Positions 50,402 through 61,600 of a stretch of DNA of 64,000 nt are shown here, piece by piece. A program made the translations under genes and the position numbers. Positions within the stretch are counted from its first letter, which is position 1, and each line of letters opens with the position of its first letter. Source of the stretch: Dipteris shenzhenensis (taxonomy: Eukaryota); the NCBI GenBank assembly GCA_047967505.1, contig CM106538.1. One strand, given 5' to 3'. Under the pieces are notes generated by a model. That model worked only from the letters and a program-made list of their open reading frames with translations, did not search any database and was not told the DNA's origin.

Positions 50402-51181
50402 TGTATGTATGTATGTATATGTTGATGCATATATGTATATATTGATGCATACAATTTTGATATATGGAGAAAATGGACATGAAAATCATCTAAATTGTCT
50501 CTTGCCGTTTGATTTGATATATGACATGACCCCATTTGGATTTGTAAGTCCAAAGATACGGGGTCCTACTTTAAGGGCCTGAATGCCTGAAATAGGCAGC
50601 GCGTCATCTAAATTGTCTCTTGCCGTTTGATTTGATATATGACATGACCCCATTTGGATTTGTAAGTCCAAAGATACAGGGTCCTACTTTTAGGGCCTGA
50701 ATGCCTGAAATAGGCAGCGCGTTAACGCGCTGCCTATTTCATGCATTTAGGCCTCAAAATTAGGATCTCATTGTGTTGCCAATGGGGTCCTACTTTTGAG
50801 GCCTAAATGCATGAAATAGGCAGCACGTTAACGCGCTGCCTATTTTAGGCATTCAGACCTTAAAAGTTGCATATCCGAATGGGGTCATGTCATATATCTA
50901 ATCGAATGGCAAGATCCAATTTAGATGGTTTTCATGTCCATTTTCTCCATCAACTAAAACTATATTCATCAAATAATGTTCTTTATCAATTTTTGGCATA
51001 CCTTCCCTAAAATCAAGACTCCCATTGCAAAGAAAGGTAAGGAACACAAGTGCTTGTTCTTATGCTCATGAGACAACAAAATGCATGAAATAGGGAACCA
51101 ATGGGGTCCTAATTTTGCTGTATGTATGTAAGTATGTATATATGTATGTATATACATATATATATATCTATATGTGTATAT

Positions 51182-51215
<34 letters not shown>

Positions 51216-51896
51216 ATATGTATATATATGTATATGTATATGTATATGTTGATGCATATATGTATATATTGATGTATATATTAATGCATACAATTTTGAT
51301 ATATGGAGAAAATGGACATGAAAACCATCTAAATTAGCTCTTGTCGTTCGATTTGATATATGACATGATCCCATTTGGATTTGTAAGTCCAAAGATATGG
51401 GGTCCTACTTTTAGGGCATGAATGCCTGAAATAGGCAGCGCGTTAACGTGCTACCTATTTCATGCATTTAGGCCTCAAAAGTAGGACCCCATTGGCAACA
51501 CAATGGGGTCCTAGTTTTGAGGCCTAAATGCATGAAATAGATAGCGCATTAACGGGCTGCCTATTTTAGGCATTCAGGCCCTAAAAGTAGTACCCTGTAT
51601 CTTTGGACTTGCATATCCAAATGGGGTCATGTGATATATCAAATGGAACGGCAAGATCCAATTTAGATGGTTTTCATGTCCATTTTCTCCATCAACTAAA
51701 ACTATATTCATCAAATAATGTTGTTGATCAATTTTTGGCATACCCGCCCAAAATCAAGACCCCCATTGCAAAGAAAGGTAAAGAACACAAGTGCTTGTTC
51801 TTATGCTCATGAGACAACAAAATGCATGACATGGGAAACCAATGGGTTCTTACTTTTGATGTTTGTATGCATGTATGTATGTATATATATGCATGT

Positions 51897-51950
<54 letters not shown>

Positions 51951-52633
51951 GTATGTATATGTTGATGCATATATGTATATATTGATGTATATATTGATGC
52001 ATACAATTTTGATATATGGAGAAAATGGACATGAAAATCATCTAAATTGGCTCTTGCCGTTTGATTTGATATATGATATGACCCCATTTGGATTTGTAAG
52101 TCCAAAGATACGGGGTCCTACTTTTAGGGCCTGAATGGCTGAAATAGGCAACGCGTTAACGCACTGCCTATTTCATGCATTTAGGCCTCAAAAGTAGGAC
52201 CCCATTGTGACCCCATTGTGTTGACAATGGGGTCCTACTTTTGAGGCCTAAATGCATGAAATAGGCAGCGCGTTAACGCGCTGCCTATTTCAAGCATTCA
52301 GGCCCTAAAAGTAGCACCCCGTATCTTTGGACTTGCATATCCGAATGGGGTCATGTCATATATCAAATCGAATGGCAAGATCCAATTTAGATGGTTTTCA
52401 TGTCCATTTTCTCCATCAACTAAAACTATATTCATCAAATAATGTTGTTTATCAATTTTTGGCATACCCTCCCAAAATCAAGACCCCCATTGCAAAGAAA
52501 GGTAAGGAACACAAGTGCTTGTTCTTATGCTCATGAGACAACAAAATGCATGAAATAGGCAACCAATGGGGTCCTAATTTTACTATATGTATGTAAGTAT
52601 GTATATATGTATGTATATACATACATATATATC

Positions 52634-52688
<55 letters not shown>

Positions 52689-53801
52689 ATGTATATGTTG
52701 ATGCATATATGTATATATTGATGCATACAATTTTGATATATGGAGAAAATGGACATGAAAACCATCTAAATTGGCTCTTGTCGTTCGATTTGATATATGA
52801 CATGATCCCATTTGGATTTGTAAGTCCAAAGATATGGGGTCCTACTTTTAGGGCCTGAATGCCTAAAATAGGCAGCGCGTTAACGCGCTACCTATTTCAT
52901 GCATTTAGGCCTCAAAAGTAGGACGCCATTGGCAACACAATGGGGTCCTAGTTTTGAGGCCTAAATGCATGAAATAGACAGCGCGTTAACGTGCTGCCTA
53001 TTTTAGGCATTCAGGCCCTAAAAGTAGTATCCCGTATCTTTGGACTTGCATATCCAAATGGGGTCATGTCATATATCAAATGGAACGGCAAGATCCAATT
53101 TAGATGGTTTTCATGTCCATTTTCTCCATCAACTAAAACTATATTCATTAAATAATGTTGTTGATCAATTTTTGGCATACCCCCCCAAAATCAAGACCCC
53201 CATTGCAAAGAAAGGTAAAGAACACAAGTGCTTGTTCTTATGCTCATGAGACAACAAAATGCATGACATGGGAAACCAATGGGGTCTTACTTTTGATGTT
53301 TGTATGTATGTATATGCATGTACATACTTACATACATACATATATATATATATGTATGTATGTATATGTTGATGCATATATGTATATATTGATGCATACA
53401 ATTTTGATATATGGAGAAAATGGACATGAAAATCATCTAAATTGGCTCTTGCCGTTTGATTTGATATATGACATGACCCCATTTGGATTTGTAAGTCCAA
53501 AGATACGGGGTCCTACTTTTAGGGCTTGAATGCCTGAAATAGGCAGCGCGTTAACCAATGGGGTCCTACTTTTGAGGCCTAAATGCATGAAATAGGCAGC
53601 GCGTGACATGATCCCATTCGGATATGCAAGTCCAAAGATACGGGGTCCTACTTTTAGGGCCTGAATGCCTGAAATAGGCAGCGCGTTTAAACGCGCTGCC
53701 TATTTCAGGCATTCAGGCTCTAAAAGTAGGACCCCGTATCTTTGGACTTGCATATCCGAATGGGATCATGTCATATATCAAATCGAATGGCAAGATCCAA
53801 T
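48690..53801. repeat. Array of ~720-bp units each containing a ~390-bp nested palindrome and a TATG/CA microsatellite
   Basis: Palindrome centres at ~49345, 50776, 51497, 52221, 52934; core GGCAGCGCGTTAACGCGCTGCC twice per unit. Confidence 0.97.
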
Positions 53802-55534
53802 TAGTTCTATCGTACTAGAAATGAATGCATCTAACCACTATGTTGAGTGCTCATCTAGTATCCTGTAGACTATTATGTTAAACTCAATACGTGACCACAA
53901 ACTCAAGCATAAGAGGAGCATGATTCAAGTGAAATAATTGGCAAAGACACTTTGTAACTAGTATCCTGCTGCATCTAATGGAAAATATGCACCAGGCGTT
54001 AACAAGCTTCTATTTCCACCCCTATAAGCAAACTCGTATCCTATAGTATGAAAAACTTTAAGGAAAACATTGCACTTAATGCATCAATTAAGCGAGTGAC
54101 TACTCATCATGCACAATCGAACAATCATCAAGGAAAGTCTAGTCTAAGCAAGTTGAAGCAAAAAACCAATATCTATTCGGATCTATGCCATGGTGTATCC
54201 GCCAACCATGAGTAGCAAAAGAACCTATGGAAAAAGCAAAATAGGGATTATGCCACTCTACCATGATCACTTCCATGCTACAAATAAGGGAATACATAGT
54301 CGTTTTAGGGTACTTTTAGGGTTCATTCCCAACCACTAAAAAGAGAGCCAATGCTATCTATTTGTATTCCTAAAATCTTTATGAACATTATCATGTTCAA
54401 TATAAGGATAGGAGCCAGCTCAATGGGTAGTCTTAAACAAATATATATACTATTCGAATTTTAACCTTATGCAAAAGCTTTTTTTTTAACACAAAGTAAA
54501 ACTTGATTATACATATAGATGGGAATCACATCACCATTGTAAGTATGTATTTAGTAATTAAGTTGAAAATATTCCCTTCGAAAAATAGCTCAATTAACAT
54601 AGTACCCATATTATATATCCAAAATTTACAAGATCTCATTCATACCATTAGATTGTTTTCATCACTTGTCATAAGTACTAACCTCAATTGGCATTATGTA
54701 TTTGCGTCAAAATAGTTTTTAGTATAGGATATAATGGAGCAATATATTTATGTAATATCTAGTGATCATAGTTTCTAATATAGGATAAAATGGAGCATAG
54801 AGTAATGTTGTCATTCAAAAATGATAATATACCTTCTTTGACCATATACAAGTATCATGCATTCATTAAAAAAGTTAGTCATAAACTGCAATATAATGTG
54901 CCCATAATGCATGTACATTAAATCTTCACATGTTAGAATGTGAGAAACGGAATAATTTACCTATGAAATCAGGGATCAATGTAGGAAATGGTCTTCTATG
55001 CACACATATATGCTAAGGGTCCATCTAATACAATATTGAAAATTGATACGAGTATAAGTGTATGCATCCATCGGTGATGTATATGAGTGTATGCATCCAT
55101 TTGTGATTTATATTGTTGTACTAATCCATGATGCTTTACGGCTTGAGTTGTTTGTAGCGCAATTAATCACAACAATGTTGTATTCAAGCATTTCCTGCAA
55201 GCAATCTCCATCCCTCCCTTTCCTGCTTACTCTTTCGGCCACCTCCACCCTCTTGTTGCCCTTCAAGACTGCCTCTTGCCTCCTCGCCTCCTTGCTTCCT
55301 CACCTCCTTGCTTCTTTGCCTTCTCACCTCCTTGCATCATGCTTGTTGCTGGCAATTCCAAGGCTCTCACCCCCTCATTGGCCAGCTCCTCTACTCCTCA
55401 CGTCATCCTTCCCCTCATTTTGGTGTCTCCAATGAATAGCTTGGGGGTCTTGTTTTTGGAGGGGAGAAGCATAAGAATGGCAACACGTTAATGCACTGTC
55501 ATTTTTCGTGCTTTTGCCACCCAAAAACAAGACC

Positions 55535-55650
55535 TGCAAAGCCCTTGCTTAAGCTTGAATGAGCCTCTTGATTTTGGGCGGTCAAGTCATTTTTGACCAT
55601 TATACCCCCAAAATCAAGAGGCTCATTCAAGCTTAAGCAAGGGCTTTGCA
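55535..55650. repeat. Hairpin with perfect 44-bp arms
   Basis: 55535-55578 is the exact reverse complement of 55607-55650. Confidence 0.92.
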
Positions 55651-56269
55651 AGCATTGCAAGTCCAATAAATGAAATCAATCAGATTAGGAATTGGCAAAC
55701 TCGATTTGAAAATGGTCAAAAATACTTTGTCTTTGAATAATGCCTTGGATCATGGGATGGGGTCCCATGAACCTGCTGCCTGTGATGACGAATAGTTCTG
55801 CCCTCAACTAAAGGTGACGTGTGTAGTAGTAAAAGGATAGCCCTGATGGAATCTCTAAGGGGTCTTGATTTTGGCCATGATTTGCACGTTCTAGCACTTG
55901 AGCCATACATCAATTTCCAACACTTGAGGCATATAGTGGCTTTGCCCACGCAACGTTTCCAGCTGCAATCCAAGCATCAAGCAATCTCATATTCTGTATC
56001 CAGAGACATCACAAGGGGTAGAGCCTCCTTTTGGTAGTCTCACTAGCAATATGTATTGAAAAAAAAAAATATTCAATTATTATATTCTTCCTTGCTATAT
56101 GAATGCTCTTAATGCATCCAAATTGTAGAACTACTTCAATACTACTTCTTAGTTATATTGTATAATAACCTCCATATGTATGCTCGTGAGACAACAAAAA
56201 AGAGACCTGGCAACCCAAAAATGATAGCGCATTGATGTGCTGCCATTTTTAGGCTACCAGGCCTCTTTT

Positions 56270-56900
56270 TTAATGTCTCCTGAACATAAGAACAAGCAAT
56301 TGTATTCCTTACCTTTCTTTCCAATGGGGGTCTTGATTTTGGGGGTATATGCCAAAAGTTAATAAACAACATTATTTAATGCATGTAGTTTTATTAAATA
56401 GATAAAATAGGCATGAAAACATCTAAATTGGCTCTTGCCATTCGATTTGATGTATGACATGATCCCATTTGGATTTGTAATTCCAAAGATACGGGGTCTT
56501 ACTTTTAGGGCTTGAATGCTTGAAATAGGCAGTGCGTCAATGCGCTGCCTATTTCATACATTTAGGCCTCAAAAGTAGGACCCCATGTAGGAGCAAATGA
56601 GGTCCTACTTTTGAGGCCTGAATGCATGAAATAGGTAGCACACTAACAAGCTACCTATTTCAAGAATTCAAGCCCTAAAAGTAGGACCCCGTATCTTTGG
56701 ACTTACAAATCCCAATGGGATCATGTCCTATATCAAATCGAACGGCAAGAGCCAATTTAGATGGTTTTCATGCCTATTTTCTCCATCAATCAAAACTGTA
56801 TGCATGAATATATACATCAAGATATGCATCAATATATACATAATGTATGTGTATATATACATACATACATACATACATGTGTGTGTGTGTGTGTGTGTAT

Positions 56901-56931
<31 letters not shown>

Positions 56932-57187
56932 CACACATATAGATATATATGTATGTATATACATACATATATACATACTTACATACATACAGTAAAATAA
57001 GGACCCCATTGGTTACCTATTTCATGCATTTTGTTGTCTCATGAGCATAAGAACAAGCACTTGTGTTTCTTACCTTTCTTTGCAATGGGGGTCTTGATTT
57101 TGGGGGGGGTATGCCAAAAATTGATAAATAACATTATTTGATGAATATAGTTTTAGTTGATCGAGAAAATGGACATAAAAACCATTT
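56270..57187 (-). repeat. Inverted, more diverged copy of the palindromic unit (~1.3 units)
   Basis: Spacer sequence appears reverse-complemented (CATAAGAACAAGCA..CCTTTCTTT) at ~56285 and ~57046; palindrome centre ~56590. Confidence 0.92.
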
Positions 57188-57599
57188 CCATGTTTTTGGA
57201 TCGAATGTATGGATGATCTTCTGCAAGCATAAAAGACATGATATGTATATGTAGCACATGATCACGTTTACATATTTTCAGTCATATATTCTACCTTGTG
57301 ATCTATCATTATCTTACTGTGTGGATGTTTAATATGAGTAGTGTTTGCTTTTTTAATCGCAAATTTTATGTATTGTTGTGTCTCTACCTCTCCACGACTC
57401 AAATGTGATAGTATGGGGATGAAAGAGAAGTTAATTGTGAGTTTCAGGCATGCCTTCATTGTTGGAATATGTTTAATTTTCTTATGATCACATCAATTGT
57501 TCCAATGATATTGAGAGGAATAAGATGCTGGATGAGGTTCTTGCTCGCTTGAAACCTATTTAATCTTGCTCGCTTATTTGGGGCTGCTCGCTTTTTGGT

Positions 57600-58511
57600 A
57601 ATCCTCCCGTGGATAGAGGGAAGGGGGTCTTACATTCTCTCCCTGCTTCGGTAGGAATCTTTCGGACCCCCTCCCCAGGACTGGCTCAGCGGAACTCCTT
57701 TTTCGCTCTTGAGGACCTCTCTGACCTCATAGATGATGATTTTGTACCTTCCACTTTCGGAGAGCGCTTCCCTTGGACCTCGTGTGTATGGCAGGAGATC
57801 AGCTCCGGTGGAGGGTTCTTTTTCCGCCACCAAGTCGGGTAAGGTATTCCAACCCGCTTCCTCCCGCCGATGAGGATAGCCAATTGGAATATACAGGGAT
57901 TGGGCGACATCCCCCATCGCCGTTGCAGACAGCTGATCAGGAATCAGCTCCATCCAGGTGTGTCAGGTGGTTGCCTTAGACATTCTTTTTCTTCAGGAAC
58001 ACAAATTGGATACCAGAGATTGCTCCAAGTCAAGTAAGCTGCTTTCGGGCCGGACTTTTTGGCTTCCTGCCTTGGGAACCAGAGGAGGTACATGCATATT
58101 AGTTTCAGATTCTTTTCTCCCTCTGGTCATTGGACACGGTACCATCACCCCCTCCAGGGCCTAGTGGATTTTACTTTTGATTGACGGACGTAAGGTTGGT
58201 TTCCTCAACCTCTACGCCCTGAACAACAGAGGGGACCGTGTTCTTTTTTGGAAAGAGTTACTCTCTTGGGTTGACATTGCTGATTCGTGGATTATTGGAG
58301 GTGACTTCAACATGGTTGAGGCATCATCCGATAAGCAAGGGGACAGAGAAGGTGGTATTCATTCCCTCGAGAGAGCAGCTCGGGTTGCCTTCTTGTTCAA
58401 ATTCAGTTGCAGAGATGTTTGGTCAGATGATGCATTTCATATTCAGTCTCAGTCACTTTTGTTTTCGTGGTCGAACCGTAGGGTGCAGATGCCTATCCAT
58501 GCTCGGATTGA
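57600..58511 (+). mobile_element. Older LINE: ORF1 tail and ORF2 endonuclease, cut by the young LINE
   Basis: MRIANWNIQGLGD at 57870, LFLQEHKL, NLYA, WIIGGDFN, FSWSN...ARID; stop and frameshift present. Confidence 0.88.
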
Positions 58512-58644
58512 TTTTTTTTTTCCGAAAAAACAGTGCTAATTATATTACTTTGAGAACAAGATACAAGGGGTCAGCTTATAGCTGACGGCTGCGGTCACAA
58601 ATCGGACACAGCCCTAAAAGGTAGCAAAATAGAAAACCATCCTC

Positions 58645-61600
58645 TCACGGAGGGAGAAAACGAGTATGAACGAACAGCCATCGGGGTGGTGAGTAGTGCC
58701 ACCGAAGGCCCTGCGTAGTCTGCTCGAAGAAGAGGCCCTGTGTGTCCCAAGTCCGGAGGAAGCGTCTCCGCTTCTCCTGACCGGCCCGGGAGTCTCCCTG
58801 AATCTGGTCCCACTGGCCTCTGAGGGTATGGATAATCTCACTCCAAATCTCCGCCATGATCTGGGCAGTCGATAAGGAGGTGCCACCGAGGATCTGCGCG
58901 CAGCGCGAGGTCCAGATGTGCCACCCTGTAATGCTGCTAATAATCTCCCATACTGGCTGCCTCTCCCGGACTCCTGTGTCAGCCTCTGCTAGGTGCTGTG
59001 GGATACCCTCGAGCGGTCCCCACGTGCCCTGTGTGACAAGGAAAGTGGGGTCCTGCTGACATGCCTCAAAAAAGTGATGAAGACCAGGTGCGGTGCTGCA
59101 CCAACAGAACGCGCCCCAAGTGATCAATCCTAGCTCTGGTGCTGCGCGAGTAAGAATCCCAAAAGTCCACCTCCACACTTCCTGGGCGCGAGTGCAGCTC
59201 CACAGGCAGTGCTTTGGTGTCTCCTCATCCGCATGGCAAATCTGGCAACATCCGTCCTGGCCTATCTGCCTCAGCCAGCTCCCCACTGGAAGACCTTTGT
59301 GGGCAAGAAGCCACAGGAAGTATGAGATCTTCCGTGGCCGCCAACTCTCCCACAAGGCCTTCCAGAATGCCTGTAAAAAGAACCTGGAAAGACCCTGTGC
59401 GTACCAGCTGGGTCGCTGGGTGGGGGGGCGGCTCTGCATCCTCCCGAGAACTCGCCTGCCCAAAGTCGTACTGTAGGCGAAGAAAGAGGTCGGCCCCTGA
59501 CCTGTCACAATCTCTGGCCACCACCACTCTCCTGGATCCCAATCAAGCTCTGCTAAGGCCCGCCCCTCCCAAAGCCAAAGACGCCAGAGCTGCACCTGGT
59601 CCTGCTCGATGCTAGGGTCGGTATGCCAGACCTTCCCCAAGAGGCCTACGACCCGAACCCTCTGCCACGGGAGTAGGGGGTCGATGAGCGCACCCTCTGT
59701 CCTGAGTCGTCCCTCCCCAGAAACCGCGAAGAAGGAAATAGAAGAGTCATCCAAACGTCCTGCGACCACCAGTGGAATGCCACGGGGGGTGAACTGTCCC
59801 AGCCATCGGGTGTCACCAGGCATGATGATCTGGGGCTCAGGTGGGGCCAACCAAGCCGCTGGGATCGCTCCGTCGATCTCCATGCGTCTCGCCTGGGCTC
59901 CACGTGCACCTCCAGCTGCGTCTGCAAGATCTGTCATCTCTAGATGTCTGTACGTATCCCTCCAAACACGCAGGGATCGGGCTGGGCCCCTCATCCAACC
60001 GTCCCACCTGATATGTGATCTCTCCCCCAACTGAAGGCCCTCGGCATCTCTGACCTGACTGTTCCAGATAAGCGGCTGGCGATCGATCTCCTCCTGACAG
60101 CTGGGAGGGGACTGAATGAGACTGAGACGGAGCCGCCTCCAGACCATGAGGAGGCTACGAACTAGAGGGGAACGGGGCTGAGTGAGCGGGGCGGAGGTGA
60201 AGATCCACCTGAAGGACGGTAGCCAATCTCCACCTCGGCGCGGGACACAAGAGCCGACTCCCTGCTGAAGTAGCATCTTCCACGTCTGCCCCCCTGGGGT
60301 CAAACCGCGAATGACAAGCTTGCCTAACAAGGCCTGACTCTGAAGCTCTGGATCAATGACCCCCAGGCCACCCTCAGCCTGCGGAAGAATGACTGTCTGC
60401 CACGCAACCCTGGCTCTGATATCTCTATGACCATCCTCCCCAGACCAAAGGAAGTTCCGAACCAACCTCCTGAGCTGTGCCACGCTGGATCTCGAGAAGC
60501 ACCAGCAGGAAGCCACATACCAAGCCGTGGCTAGGAGGACCTGGTTGACTACCAAGGCACGACCTGCAAGAGAGAGCTTAGCAGTGCTCCAGAAAGCCAG
60601 CTTCCGTCGGATGGAATCTAGCACCGGGAGAAACTGCTGAGCTGGTGTGATGTCTAGGCCAACCTGGAAGCCAAGGTATCTAGCTGTCTGTCCACGTGGA
60701 ATCCATCTGAAGCCCAAAAATCGCCCCCACTGAGAACACGCCCCAGGGTCTGTGAGAAAACCAACGGATTTGTTCCAATTGATTTTCGCCCCAGCGGCCG
60801 AGCAGAAAACCTCCAGGGCCATCCGCACCCTCTCTAGCATCCGCTCGTCGTCCTGGACATAAAGGGCTGTATCATCTGCGTACTCCGAGTCCAAGAGCTC
60901 CGTGTCCTCCCGGAGTGGAAGGCGAATACCCCTGAGCCCTGTGGACCTCGCCCGAAGGTAGTAAGTCATGGCCTCGGCGAAGAAGAGAAACAAGTAAGGG
61001 GCCAGGGGGCAGCCCTGACGTACTGATCTCTCCAAGCTAAAGCGCTCGCCCAACCTGCCTCCAATGATGACTCTGCTAGACGCTGTCCTGTACAAAGCTG
61101 AGATACCCTGAATCCAACCTGCCGGGAAACCTAGCCGCTCCAGAGTCCCCTCCAAAAAGGACCAATCCACGCGATCGTAGGCCTTCTCGAAATCGAGAAG
61201 TAGAATGGCAAGGTGTGATCCGCTGTGCTGAGCCCACTCCGCCGCCTCTGAAAAGGTGAAGACGTTATCCAGGATACTGCGATCCTGGACAAAGCCTGTC
61301 TGAGTGTCATGGACGAGGTCTGAAAGTAGAGGCCGAACTCTGGCACTGATCATCTTGGCGAGGATTTTGTAGGCAGAGGTAAGGAGAGTGATCGGACGCC
61401 ACTGGCGAATCTCCTGTCTATCTCCTCCCTTCGGGATGAGGCAAATCAGTCCCGAGGAGAGGCTCTCTGGCATCCGACCGCTGCTGAAAATCCCCTGCAG
61501 GGCTGCAAGGAGGGGCTGATGGATCTGGTCCCAGAAGGAGGTGAAGAAAGCTCGGGATAGCCCATCCTCACCTGGGCACTTCTGACCATCAATAGCCATC

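Noticed and set aside
48500-57010. Dozens of ORFs such as MYVCMYV..., MDLQIQMGS...
   Set aside because: Translations of microsatellites and the palindromic repeat on both strands; frames vary with repeat length.
57843-57869. TRFLPP just before the old LINE ORF2 start, identical to the last residues of the intact ORF2
   Set aside because: Six residues only, nucleotides and upstream context differ; treated as coincidence.
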